From the NCBI GenBank assembly GCA_963558965.1, contig CAUWIT010000008.1, forward strand, positions 11,423-75,422: DNA of 64,000 nt, written 5' to 3'. How positions within the stretch are numbered: position 1 is the stretch's first letter; every line of letters starts with the position of its first letter. Positions 1 through 9,892 of this stretch are shown here, piece by piece. This stretch comes from an uncultured Clostridia bacterium. Its GTDB lineage: Bacteria > Bacillota > Clostridia > Peptostreptococcales > Anaerovoracaceae. The notes beneath the pieces are model-generated. The model saw nothing but the letters and a program-made list of their open reading frames with translations. It did no database searches and was not told where the DNA came from. The translations under genes and the position numbers were made by a program.

Positions 1-827
1 CCAATCTTATCAAATGCAGACTTAACACTGCCTATAATAGATTTTTCCTCGTTGTTGAAATATATTTCCAACAATATTTTTTCCAAAGCTTTTCCATCTA
101 AATATCTAGTTAATTTTCCATCGTTTGCTGATGAAATAATACCTGTTTCCTCAGAAACGATTATGGAAATAGCATCTGAATTTTCTGTAATACCTATACC
201 CGCCCTATGTCTTGTTCCAAGTTCAGTAGGCAAGCTAGAGTTTTGTGTCAACGGCAATACGCAACCTGCGCTGTGTATGCGGTTGCCACGAATTATAATT
301 GCTCCATCGTGAAGAGGTGCTCCCTCGTAAAAAATATTTCCCAAAAGTTCAGTGCTAATTTTAGCATCTACACGAGTACCTGTCTCACATATATCAGATA
401 GAGCTGTCTGTCTTTCTATAACAATAAGAGCACCTGTTTTAGTATCTGCCAAGTACTGTACAGCCTCTACAAATTCCTTTGTTATGGACTGGGCTTGATC
501 CTTATCAAGCTGAGTAAAGGTAGTTTTTAAAAGTTTACTTCTACCCAAAGATTCCAGCCCTCTTCTTAACTCAGGCTGGAAAACTACTACCAGCGCTATG
601 ACACCTACTGCCAAGCTGCTCTTCAATATCCAATTTAACGTATATAAATTAAACAGGTCTGAAAGACCTGCTATAACCAAAAGTATAAGCAGTCCTTTTA
701 CCAATTGTTCGGCTCTGCTTTGTTTTATAAATCCGATAACTTTATAAAAAACAAAAGCGACAACCAGAATATCAATAATATCATTGATACCGATGCCGGA
801 AGTTATGTTGTCAAAAAATTCTTTCAT
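1..827 (-). CDS. cdaA: Diadenylate cyclase CdaA/DacA (3' end runs off the window)
   Basis: Manual translation from ATG at 827: N-terminal TM helices, VFQPELRRGLE, then DAC motifs LHDGAIII and GTRHRAG; absent from the ORF track because it is truncated at the edge. Confidence 0.92.
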   Translation of the reverse strand, partial: MKEFFDNITSGIGINDIIDILVVAFVFYKVIGFIKQSRAEQLVKGLLILLVIAGLSDLFNLYTLNWILKSSLAVGVIALVVVFQPELRRGLESLGRSKLLKTTFTQLDKDQAQSITKEFVEAVQYLADTKTGALIVIERQTALSDICETGTRVDAKISTELLGNIFYEGAPLHDGAIIIRGNRIHSAGCVLPLTQNSSLPTELGTRHRAGIGITENSDAISIIVSEETGIISSANDGKLTRYLDGKALEKILLEIYFNNEEKSIIGSVKSAFDKI

Positions 828-905
828 CTCTTTCCCAATCACTCTAATCATTATATCAACCGGCCCTATTAGGGCCGGTCTTTTAACTATTAATATACTT
901 GAATT

Positions 906-1448
906 TTAGTATGTAGTTTCTAGTAATCCGTAATCTCCATCATCTCTCTTGTAAACTACATTTACAGCATCTGTTTCGCTATTTAGGAATACAAAGAATG
1001 TATGACCTACTAGTTCCATCTGAACTACAGCTTCATCTACACTCATAGGTTCAAGATCAAATTTCTTTTTCTTAACAACCTTAAGTTCTTCTGCTGGCTT
1101 AACATCATTTGCAAGTACTGGTTCTGGCCAGTCTTCAAGTCTAAGTCCTGGCTGACCTTTGTGTTTTTTAATTAATTTGTTCTTAAATCTGGACATCTGG
1201 GCAGCCAACTTATCAACAACTTTGTCAACACAGTTATAAACGCTGTCAGCTTTACCTTCAGCTCTGAAAACCATGTTTTTAACTCTGATAGTTGCTTCCA
1301 TTTTTTCCATTTTGTTTTCTGCAGAGAGCATTACATTTACACTGATATCGTCAGAAAAATACTTGCTTAATTTTTGCATTTTCTTTTCGATAGTTTCTTT
1401 TAAGTGTTCGTTAGCCTTTACATTTTTAGTAGTTATTATAACCTTCAT
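906..1448 (-). CDS. hpf: Ribosome hibernation promoting factor, long form (RaiA/HPF)
   Basis: N-terminal S30AE domain plus C-terminal PMSVDEAVVQMELVGHTFFVF; start moved to 1448 (MKVIITTK) after SD GGAGGG. Confidence 0.93.
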   Translation of the reverse strand: MKVIITTKNVKANEHLKETIEKKMQKLSKYFSDDISVNVMLSAENKMEKMEATIRVKNMVFRAEGKADSVYNCVDKVVDKLAAQMSRFKNKLIKKHKGQPGLRLEDWPEPVLANDVKPAEELKVVKKKKFDLEPMSVDEAVVQMELVGHTFFVFLNSETDAVNVVYKRDDGDYGLLETTY

Positions 1449-1514
1449 ATCTGTGCCCTCCTTTGACATGAATTATCTTATAATTATTATACCACAAAGA
1501 TACATATATACAAT

Positions 1515-1679
1515 AGCTGTTTGGCTGACCTGGTCTTTGCCCCCACACCTGCCTTGACCCGGATTTTCCGGAGGACTTACTTCTAAACTACGCCATGATC
1601 ACTGCCGCCCTGCGTACAGCTTACGTGGGACCTTTTGCCCGTAGCTGGCTTGGCCTTTCAACCACAGACCCAAACAACT
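1515..1679 (-). ncRNA. raiA-motif RNA (compact variant)
   Basis: Minus strand carries the conserved blocks GTGGTTGAAAG, GCCAG, GGCAAAA, CCACGTAAG, TTAGAAGTAAGTCC and GTGTGGGG-CAAAGACCAGGTC; 10-bp terminal stem AGUUGUUUGG/CCAAACAGCU; canonical position between comF and raiA/hpf. Confidence 0.9.
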
Positions 1680-1688
1680 ATTATACCC

Positions 1689-2423
1689 TTATTTTACCAT
1701 AATACTTCCCGCTGCAAAAGTCAGTACATAAACTTTTTTTGCATGATTTTCTTTTAAAATCTTGCTGCACTGATCAACGGTAGCACCAGTGGTATAAATA
1801 TCATCGACAATCAATATATTTTTTCCTTGAATTTCATCGGCCACATCTGGATTAACCTCAAAAGCTCCGCTTAAGTTTATCATACGATCCATAGCTCCAA
1901 GCCTCTTCATAGGAACAGTTTTTTTGTTTCTCAAAAGGAAATCTCCTCTGTAACAAATATCCATGCGCCTAGCTAACTCATAAGCCATTATTTCCGCTTG
2001 ATTATAACCTCTTTGCTTTAGCTTTTTTTTATGTACCGGTACTGAAATTATAACATCTACAGGCAGATTTTCAATTACTATTCTGTCATAGAGTATCTCA
2101 CCTAAAATGCGACCAATATAGCTTTTATCCCCCTTTTTAAAGTCCACAATTAAACTTCTTTCGTACAAGCCATACTTAGCACAAGTATAGCCTTTATCGA
2201 AATAATGTTCCCTTTCAAGACAGTCGGGACACAAGCTTTTCGTATAATTTTCTTCCAGTATCTTGCCACATTTCTCGCAAGTTCTATCCCTTACCCACAT
2301 AAATTTTTCAATGCAATTGTCACAGAGAGAATACCTCCTAGTCTTATCGATTACACTACCGCACATAAGGCAATATATGTTAGGGGGATATACCAAATCT
2401 AAAAATTTTTCAATTATCTTCAC
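1689..2423 (-). CDS. comF: ComF family protein (Zn-ribbon plus phosphoribosyltransferase-like domain)
   Basis: CxxC pairs, RGYNQA, ILIVDDIYTTGAT. Confidence 0.9.
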   Translation of the reverse strand: MKIIEKFLDLVYPPNIYCLMCGSVIDKTRRYSLCDNCIEKFMWVRDRTCEKCGKILEENYTKSLCPDCLEREHYFDKGYTCAKYGLYERSLIVDFKKGDKSYIGRILGEILYDRIVIENLPVDVIISVPVHKKKLKQRGYNQAEIMAYELARRMDICYRGDFLLRNKKTVPMKRLGAMDRMINLSGAFEVNPDVADEIQGKNILIVDDIYTTGATVDQCSKILKENHAKKVYVLTFAAGSIMVK

Positions 2424-4636
2424 ATGAAATTTTTAATGCGAGCTGCTAACCCTGAATTGCGCTTTGTCGTAAAGTCATTATCGACCATAGCATTCATACA
2501 GCTTTCGGAGCCTACTAGCACAACTCCTTTTTTACCTCTTGTAACCCCAGTATACAAAAGGTTTCTATTTCCAAGTACCGGTGGCACCCAAGTCATAGGC
2601 ATAATCACCACAGGAAACTCACTTCCCTGACTTTTGTGGACAGTCATAGCATACGCAAGCTCAAGTTCATCAAGCTGAGAAAACTCGTAATCTACATACC
2701 TACAACCATCAAACACCACAGTCATCTTATTTTCATCTTTATTTATTTTTTTAACAACTCCAATTTCTCCGTTAAACACCCCAGTACCCTCAGAAAAATC
2801 ATCAGTGTTTAGCCATTCTAGAGTGTAATTGTTTTTTATTTGCATAACTTTGTCAAATTCACGAAATACCCTGTCTCCAATAGTTTTTTCATTAAGACTA
2901 TCACTAGGCGGATTTAACACATTTTGCAATTCCTTGTTTAAATTTGCACTTCCAAGGACACCTTTTTTCGTTGGAGTTATTACCTGTATATCTTGAGTTT
3001 TATCGTCAACATCATAAAATCTTGGCAACCTAGTTTCGCAAAGCTCCACAATCGTATTGAGCATTTCTCTTTCACTACTTCTATTTAAAAAGAAAAAATC
3101 TTTATCTTTTTTGTTACAATATGGATACTCTCCATCGTTTATGCGGTGGGCATTTACAACAATCATACTCTCCTGTGCCTGTCTGAAAATCTGAGTCAAT
3201 CGCTCAGAATAAATGTATTCGCTTTCGATTATATCACGCAAAATATTTCCCGCACCAACTGAAGGTAGCTGGTCAGCGTCTCCTACAAGTATAAGTCTAG
3301 TTCCATTAGGAATGGCCTTTAGCAGTGCATCCATCAACATCAAGTCTACCATTGATGATTCGTCAATAATTATTGCATCAAACCCTAGCGAGTTAAGACT
3401 GTTTTTACCAAACCTCATAGTCTTTGATTCTTCATCATAGTAGTATTCCAACAATCTGTGAATAGTATAAGCCTCTTTGCCTGTAGTCTCCATCATACGT
3501 TTAGCCGCTCTACCAGTAGGTGCAGCAATGGCCGTTTCAAATTCACCACAAGATAAAATATTTAAAATCCCGTTGATAATAGTTGTTTTACCAGTACCAG
3601 GTCCCCCTGTAATAACTGAAACTCCATTGTTTAAACAAGTTTTCATAGCACTTTTTTGCTCTGCTGAAAAACTTATCATCATCTCCTGTTCAGTTTGTCT
3701 GATTAAATTATCTATTTCCAAACAAAGAGGTTTTAGGGAACTTTGACAAAGTGATACAAGTCTTTTAGTTACATTTTGCTCAGCCTTGTAGTATGAAAAG
3801 AGATAGACCACCTCTTCATTGTCAACTTTATCCACTTTTACAACCCCATTAAGTCCAATTTCAACTAATCTATCCTCAACATTTTCAATTGGAACATCAA
3901 GTAGTTCTGTGGCTGTTTTTTCTACAAGTTCTTTTCTAGGTGCATAAGTATGACCAGCTGCAACATATCTGTTAAGCATATATAGTATGCCGCTTTCAAT
4001 ACGATATTCATCACACTGATCAATGCCTAATTTACTTGCTATTTTATCCACCTTTTTAAATCCAACCCCAAAAACTTCGTCAATTAAATTATATGGGTTT
4101 TTCTTGATTTCATTTATTGATTCACTGCCGAAAACTTCAAATATTTTTATAGCAAAATCAGCGCCTATATCATACTGCTTTAAAAACATAGTAACTTTTG
4201 CAAGTTCATTGTTTTCCTTGAAAGCTGCAGTAATTGTAGCCGCTTTTTTCTTGCCTATACCGGATACAGTTTCCAATTTTTCAGGATGTTTTTCTATAAT
4301 CTCTAATGTTTTTGTTCCAAACTTATCAACTATAGCTTTGGCCATACTAGGCCCTATACCCTTTAAAATACGCGAAGATAAAAAACTTATTATACCTTCT
4401 TCAGTTGTTGGCAATACTTCCTCATAAGTTGTAAAAGCAAACTGTTCACCGTATTTAGGATGATCTTTAAAATTCCCTGTAATCATATAGGTTTTTCCTT
4501 TTGTAGGACTAATCATATTGCCAACGACAGTAAATTGTTCATCTTCAGTTTCAAAAATTGCTACTGTATATCCGTTTCCTTCGTTATTAAATATTACTTC
4601 GGCTATTTTGCCTGTTAATTCAATCTCTTTATCCAT
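2420..4636 (-). CDS. recD2: ATP-dependent RecD2-like DNA helicase
   Basis: N-terminal OB and HhH regions, Walker A GGPGTGKT, APTGRAAKR, DESSM, GDADQLPSVGAG, YAMTVHKSQGSE. Confidence 0.93.
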   Translation of the reverse strand: MDKEIELTGKIAEVIFNNEGNGYTVAIFETEDEQFTVVGNMISPTKGKTYMITGNFKDHPKYGEQFAFTTYEEVLPTTEEGIISFLSSRILKGIGPSMAKAIVDKFGTKTLEIIEKHPEKLETVSGIGKKKAATITAAFKENNELAKVTMFLKQYDIGADFAIKIFEVFGSESINEIKKNPYNLIDEVFGVGFKKVDKIASKLGIDQCDEYRIESGILYMLNRYVAAGHTYAPRKELVEKTATELLDVPIENVEDRLVEIGLNGVVKVDKVDNEEVVYLFSYYKAEQNVTKRLVSLCQSSLKPLCLEIDNLIRQTEQEMMISFSAEQKSAMKTCLNNGVSVITGGPGTGKTTIINGILNILSCGEFETAIAAPTGRAAKRMMETTGKEAYTIHRLLEYYYDEESKTMRFGKNSLNSLGFDAIIIDESSMVDLMLMDALLKAIPNGTRLILVGDADQLPSVGAGNILRDIIESEYIYSERLTQIFRQAQESMIVVNAHRINDGEYPYCNKKDKDFFFLNRSSEREMLNTIVELCETRLPRFYDVDDKTQDIQVITPTKKGVLGSANLNKELQNVLNPPSDSLNEKTIGDRVFREFDKVMQIKNNYTLEWLNTDDFSEGTGVFNGEIGVVKKINKDENKMTVVFDGCRYVDYEFSQLDELELAYAMTVHKSQGSEFPVVIMPMTWVPPVLGNRNLLYTGVTRGKKGVVLVGSESCMNAMVDNDFTTKRNSGLAARIKNFM

Positions 4637-5919
4637 GTGTTATTTCTTATTTTTGCTTTCATAGGATTCTTTTTGTAACCCTCTGCTAATTCCATCAATG
4701 TCTGTCTGTTATTTCTATGAGGTTTTCTATGTACCTCTGTAACTAGAGCATCGATTACAATTCCTATTTCTTTCCCTTTAAGTCCTATTTCTTTTAAATC
4801 ATTGCCATCGATAACTAAATCTTCAGCAAAAATCGGTTCATTCATCATTTCAAAACGCTTAATTAGTTCTGCTCTCTTGTTTACACGTCTAGGAGAGCCT
4901 TCATAAATTACTACTTTATCCTGTGCTAATTTGTCCATATATGTATATCTGCTAAGGCCGTATTCATACATAAAATCTTTTAGCTCAAAATCTTTTTTAG
5001 CTACTCCAAGCTTATCTATTGAATAGATTGCATCCAAAAGGTAGGTTTTAGTCTTTTTATCGAAGTTTAAACTTTCAATAGCTGCAGCTCCGCGACTACC
5101 TCCTATAAGTGAAAAGAATACACCCATTCTCCTTGTAGCCACTGGATAAGTGCTATCGATATTGCGCATAAACTTATTGAACAAAACTTTCTTTTTACCT
5201 ACAAGTTTTTCTAAACTGCTACCGCCAACAGCTTTTATAGCGCCAGTTTCCATCATATAACCTATGCCGCTGCCAGTAAATCTTGCGCCCATAAGCTTTA
5301 TAAACTCATCTCGTATTTTTTCTACTGATATTTCTGCAAGTCTGTATGAATTTCTCTTCATACTTTCCAGAGTAACTTCTTCTATCTGAAAACCTTTTTC
5401 AGCTGCAAAGCGGATGCCGCGCATAATGCGTATAGGATCTTCCGCAAACCTATCATCGGGATTTCCGATAGCTCTAATTATTTTTTTAGTTACATCTTTT
5501 TTGCCCCCATATGGGTCCACAAATTTTTTCTGCGGATTGTCAGCCATTGCATTTATTGTAAAATCTCTTCGAGATAAATCGTCTTCAATTTTATCTACAA
5601 AAGTTACATCAGATGGTTTGCCATACTTTTCAAAGTTTTTTTCACTTCTAAATGTGGCAATATCCACAATTGGATTTTTATTGTCATCTTCTGAAGTTGT
5701 AAAATCCAATCTAACTACGCTGTAGTCTTCGCTTAAAACTTGTGCTTCAGGAAAAATTTCTTTTAAGTCTTCAAGTCTTGCATTAGTTGTTAAGTCCCAA
5801 TCTAGTGGTTTTAAACCTAGCATCGCATCTCTAACGCAGCCGCCTACAGCATAACAATCAAATCTATTTTCGTTTAATTTTTTAATTATATCGTTAACAT
5901 CTTTTGGCAACTTAATCAT
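4615..5919 (-). CDS. tRNA nucleotidyltransferase / poly(A) polymerase family (CCA-adding type)
   Basis: AVGGCVRD, DWD, RRDFTINAMA and EDPIRIMR class II nucleotidyltransferase motifs; CCA versus CC/A specificity cannot be determined. Confidence 0.85.
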   Translation of the reverse strand: MIKLPKDVNDIIKKLNENRFDCYAVGGCVRDAMLGLKPLDWDLTTNARLEDLKEIFPEAQVLSEDYSVVRLDFTTSEDDNKNPIVDIATFRSEKNFEKYGKPSDVTFVDKIEDDLSRRDFTINAMADNPQKKFVDPYGGKKDVTKKIIRAIGNPDDRFAEDPIRIMRGIRFAAEKGFQIEEVTLESMKRNSYRLAEISVEKIRDEFIKLMGARFTGSGIGYMMETGAIKAVGGSSLEKLVGKKKVLFNKFMRNIDSTYPVATRRMGVFFSLIGGSRGAAAIESLNFDKKTKTYLLDAIYSIDKLGVAKKDFELKDFMYEYGLSRYTYMDKLAQDKVVIYEGSPRRVNKRAELIKRFEMMNEPIFAEDLVIDGNDLKEIGLKGKEIGIVIDALVTEVHRKPHRNNRQTLMELAEGYKKNPMKAKIRNNTWIKRLN

Positions 5920-5920
5920 T

Positions 5921-6880
5921 TTATTTTTCCTTTCGTTTGTATAATTTTCTATTGTCTAGTGTCCAAATTTTATCTGTGAACTTGCCTGGTTCTGTATTTT
6001 TCAACGCATCTTCCATATCGTAAATACGCGCATCTATAATATCTAGGTAATGTAAAATTTCGGCTTCTGGAAACATTGGTCTTTTAGGTGAGCCAAACTC
6101 TGGTTCGTAGTGATGAGACAAAATCATATGCTCTACCATTACTGATTTTTCCTTTGAAAAACCTAGGTCATTCATTTCTTTTTCTAACTCACGCACTCCT
6201 AACACTAGGTGACCTAGCATATTTCCTTCAAATGAATATTCATTTGCTATACCTATTTCATTTGAAACGATTTCATTTAGCTTTTGCATATCGTGTAAAA
6301 TTACACCTGCTAAAACTAAACTTTTATCTAAAATTGTATATACTTCGCAGATATGTTCACCTGTCATAAGCATACGCTTCATATGATATAAAAGTCCGGC
6401 AAACTCAGCATGATGATTTCTAGTTGCCGCTGGATAGTACATTAGTCTTGTCTTTTCTCTTTCAAGAGTGTTTACACAAAGCTGACGTAACTGTTCATCC
6501 TCTAAGTTTTTAGCAACATCGTATATATAGTTAAACATATCTTCTGCTGGTTCTGGTGCTGCTTTGATATAATCGTCTATAATTAAATTATCGTTTGGTA
6601 TGGATTTTCTAATCTTAGTGATTTTCATCTGTTTTGCTCCATTCCACTCGATAATATTAGCTCTCACTTTTATAATATCACCTTCGGAGATATCCTTTAG
6701 AGTTTCAATTTCTTCGGCAACATCCCATTTTTTCCCTGAGATTTCGCCTGATTTATCGCTTAACATAACATCGAAATATTCTTTTTTATTTGCACCAACT
6801 CTTATTGATGCACTTTTTACCATAAAAAAATCCTGAACTACTTCTCTATTTCCTATTTCTGCAACATAGATTTCTTTCAT
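5921..6880 (-). CDS. yhaM: 3'-5' exoribonuclease YhaM (OB fold plus HD domain)
   Basis: YPAATRNHHA, LHDMQK, HHYEPEFGSPKRP; start at 6880 after SD AGGTGG. Confidence 0.88.
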   Translation of the reverse strand: MKEIYVAEIGNREVVQDFFMVKSASIRVGANKKEYFDVMLSDKSGEISGKKWDVAEEIETLKDISEGDIIKVRANIIEWNGAKQMKITKIRKSIPNDNLIIDDYIKAAPEPAEDMFNYIYDVAKNLEDEQLRQLCVNTLEREKTRLMYYPAATRNHHAEFAGLLYHMKRMLMTGEHICEVYTILDKSLVLAGVILHDMQKLNEIVSNEIGIANEYSFEGNMLGHLVLGVRELEKEMNDLGFSKEKSVMVEHMILSHHYEPEFGSPKRPMFPEAEILHYLDIIDARIYDMEDALKNTEPGKFTDKIWTLDNRKLYKRKEK

Positions 6881-6997
6881 AATTACCACCTTTTTCTATT
6901 GTCTTTCATTATAGATTATATACTAATTAGGTAAAATAGTATATAATTAACAGGTAAAATATAACTAAAATAAACCGATAAAATGGAGGACATAATT

Positions 6998-8797
6998 ATG
7001 AATTTTCAAGACTTCGGATTTATAAGGATCGGTTGTGGCACACCTGATGTAAAAAAGGCTAACACAACTGATAACGCAGAAGCTATCATCAAAATTATCA
7101 ACGATGCTAAAATAGAAAACATCAGTCTTTTACTTTTGCCAGAGCTAGTTTTAACTGGTGCAAATCTTGGCAACTTGTTTAATCAAAAGCAACTGCTAAA
7201 AGCGCAGCAAGATGCTCTTTTTGAAATAATACAGGCAACTGAAAATACTGGCATAACTTTAGTTTTAGGCGGATACGAAAAAACTAAGAACAACTTGTAT
7301 AAGACAAATTATATTATTCAAAATGGTGAACTTTTACATACACATGTAGACTCTAATCTTTCAAAAGATGAAATGTCAACTTTTACTTATACTGATGAAA
7401 ATGAGGAAGCAATTTACTTAGATGAGCAAAACGATATTACTATTGATTTCAATGGAAATGCAGATATTCATCTTATCACTTCTTCTGAAGAGGTAACTGT
7501 AGGTCAATTTGATTACATGAAAAACTATGTAAAAATGCTAAGTGGTGCAAATCACAATATCACAGTGCTATCTGCCCTAAACGGCATGGCAATTATAGCT
7601 GAGAATGGCAACATTTTAGTTGCAAAAAGCCCATTCTTAAAGGGAGATCTTATCTGTGCAGACTGCGATGTAGAAATAGTACACAACGAGAAATTGTTGA
7701 CAGCAAAACCACAGTCATTCTACATGGAAGAATTCCCTATAGAACCGTTAAAAATGTGGAATGGCCAGCCTCTAAAAAGAGAAGTGCGCCCAAATCCTTT
7801 TGAGCCTGCTACTGCTGAGGAATTATATAATAACTGCTATGAAATTTTTGAAATCCAGTCAGATGCTCTTGCTAAAAGATTGGCTCACACTCACAGCAAA
7901 GTAAGCGTAGTTGGTATATCAGGTGGTCTTGATAGTACTCTTGCTCTTTTGGTAACAGCTTATGCTCATAAAAAACTTGGCAAACCTGCTAAGGATATTA
8001 TCGCTGTAACTATGCCTGGATTTGGTACAACTGGCAGAACTTACGAAAATGCTCTTGCTATGATGAAAAGCGTAGGTGCAACTGTTAAAGAAATCTCTAT
8101 AGTTGATGCTGTAACTCAGCACTTTAAGGATATTGAGCACGATATGGATGTTCACGATGTAACTTACGAAAATTCTCAGGCGAGAGAAAGAACTCAAATC
8201 CTTATGGATATTGCAAATCAAGAAGGTGGCATAGTTATAGGTACTGGTGACTTAAGTGAAGAGGCACTAGGTTGGTGCACATTTAACGGTGACCATATCT
8301 CTATGTTTGGGGTAAATGCTGGAGTTCCTAAAACTGTTATCAAGTTTATCGTTAGATGGTTTATAGATGTAAAGCTAAAAGAAGATCTTGATTTTTCTAA
8401 AGACAATGTGCTTTTAGCAAGAACTTTGGAAGATATTTTAGATACACCTATTTCACCTGAGCTACTTCCTCCAGATGAAGATGGCAATATTGCACAGAAA
8501 ACAGAAGACAATGTTGGCCCTTATGAGCTACATGACTTCTTTATATTCCACACTGTTAGATATGGTGTTTCACCTGCAAAGCTAGCATTTTTAGCTAAGG
8601 AAGCATTTGGTGATAAGTATGATGAAGATTTTATTGCAAAATGGCTTCAAGTATTTTATAGAAGATTTTTCGCTCAGCAGTTTAAGAGAAGCTGTTCACC
8701 AGATAGTCCAAAGATTGGAACTATCGATTTGTCACCTGCTCACTGGAATATGCCTAGCGATGCATTTGCAAATGAATGGCTAAATGGTCTTAAATAG
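6998..8797 (+). CDS. nadE: NAD+ synthetase of the two-domain (glutamine-dependent-type) architecture, with degenerate glutaminase domain
   Basis: Synthetase motifs SGGLDST, ENSQARER, GTGDLSE, PISPELLP, FKRSCSPD intact; N-terminal CN-hydrolase domain shortened; start at 6998 after SD GGAGG. Confidence 0.9.
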   Translation: MNFQDFGFIRIGCGTPDVKKANTTDNAEAIIKIINDAKIENISLLLLPELVLTGANLGNLFNQKQLLKAQQDALFEIIQATENTGITLVLGGYEKTKNNLYKTNYIIQNGELLHTHVDSNLSKDEMSTFTYTDENEEAIYLDEQNDITIDFNGNADIHLITSSEEVTVGQFDYMKNYVKMLSGANHNITVLSALNGMAIIAENGNILVAKSPFLKGDLICADCDVEIVHNEKLLTAKPQSFYMEEFPIEPLKMWNGQPLKREVRPNPFEPATAEELYNNCYEIFEIQSDALAKRLAHTHSKVSVVGISGGLDSTLALLVTAYAHKKLGKPAKDIIAVTMPGFGTTGRTYENALAMMKSVGATVKEISIVDAVTQHFKDIEHDMDVHDVTYENSQARERTQILMDIANQEGGIVIGTGDLSEEALGWCTFNGDHISMFGVNAGVPKTVIKFIVRWFIDVKLKEDLDFSKDNVLLARTLEDILDTPISPELLPPDEDGNIAQKTEDNVGPYELHDFFIFHTVRYGVSPAKLAFLAKEAFGDKYDEDFIAKWLQVFYRRFFAQQFKRSCSPDSPKIGTIDLSPAHWNMPSDAFANEWLNGLK

Positions 8798-8941
8798 TTG
8801 AAAATAAGCACTTAGTTATAGCAATGTGTTCTGCCTATAGATATTTTCAATAAGAAACGTCTCATTAGTGGTAGAATTTATAGATACAAGGTGGTATAAT
8901 CAACCTATCTTAAGTTTATAAGTAATAAGGAGGTTTTACGT

Positions 8942-9619
8942 ATGAAACTAGTATACACAGGAAAAACAAAAAACGTATATGATATGGAAGATGGTAACTA
9001 TCTTTTAGATTTTAAAGATGATGTTACTGGCGAAGATGGTGTTTTTGACCCAGGTGCTAACACAGTTGGTCTTTCAATTGAAGGAATGGGAAAAATTTGC
9101 GTTAAGCTAACTGATTTCTTCTTCTCAAAGATTGCTGAAGCTGGTGTTCCAACTCACTATGTAAGCGCTGATGTTGAAAAAGCTCAGATGGTTGTTAAAC
9201 CTGCTGAACTATTTGGTAAAGGTCTAGAAGTTATCTGCAGACTAAAATCAGTAGGAAGCTTCTACAGAAGATATGGTGATTACTGCGAAGAAGGTCAGCC
9301 ACTTGACTATTTCGTAGAAGTAACACTAAAAGACAATGATAGAGAAGATCCACCTATCTCAAAAGATGCTTTAGATATGTTAGGAATCCTATCAGCTGAA
9401 GAATACGAAGATATCAAAGTTCTTACAAAGAAACTAACTAAAATTGTTGAAGAAGAACTAAAGAAAAAAGGCCTAGACCTATATGACATTAAATTAGAAT
9501 TTGGTAGAATCGACGGTAAAGTTGCTCTAGTTGACGAAATTTCAGGCGGCAACATGAGAGTTTACAAAGATGGTGAATACGTAGAACCATTAAAATTACC
9601 TGGTCTACTATTTGACTAA
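8942..9619 (+). CDS. purC: Phosphoribosylaminoimidazole-succinocarboxamide synthase
   Basis: YTGKTKNVY, FKDDVTG, DIKLEFG, DEISGGNMRV; strong SD AGGAGG. Confidence 0.9.
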   Translation: MKLVYTGKTKNVYDMEDGNYLLDFKDDVTGEDGVFDPGANTVGLSIEGMGKICVKLTDFFFSKIAEAGVPTHYVSADVEKAQMVVKPAELFGKGLEVICRLKSVGSFYRRYGDYCEEGQPLDYFVEVTLKDNDREDPPISKDALDMLGILSAEEYEDIKVLTKKLTKIVEEELKKKGLDLYDIKLEFGRIDGKVALVDEISGGNMRVYKDGEYVEPLKLPGLLFD

Positions 9620-9652
9620 TTAGATATCACTTATAGATAACTAATTTATAAA

Positions 9653-9719
9653 TATCGAAAACTTCGATACCCAAACAACGGTTTTGACTATTGCAAATAA
9701 TAATAAATAGTATTATACT
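9653..9719 (+). promoter_or_regulatory. LysR-type box plus sigma-A promoter for a short downstream transcript
   Basis: Palindrome TATCGAAAACTTCGATA (9653-9669) centred about -65; -35 TTGCAA 9691-9696, 17 bp, -10 TATACT 9714-9719. Confidence 0.7.
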
Positions 9720-9725
9720 TTAAAC

Positions 9726-9863
9726 ATGAAAATGCCTGTTATATACACCCCTAGATAATCTCCCTATTTTGTTTCGAGGTATATAGTTAAAGGCATTTTC
9801 TTTTCCGACTTAAATCAATTATTATATAAAAAAAAGATGGACTTCGCGGTTCATCTTTTTTTC
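9726..9863 (+). ncRNA. Candidate small RNA A (hairpin with CUCCCU loop)
   Basis: Promoter upstream, long hairpin 9729-9799, intrinsic terminator 9828-9863, no ORF longer than 10 codons; inference only. Confidence 0.45.
9828..9863. terminator. Bidirectional intrinsic terminator
   Basis: AAAAAAAAGATGGAC-TTCGCG-GTTCATCTTTTTTT. Confidence 0.75.
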
Positions 9864-9892
9864 GTTTACATCATGCTACACTGTACACACTG

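Noticed and set aside
8800-8940. Possible purine or ZTP riboswitch upstream of purC (a TTGAAAATA/TATTTTCAA inverted repeat is present)
   Set aside because: No purine- or ZTP-aptamer consensus; the inverted repeat lies upstream of the likely -10 and probably ends the nadE transcript
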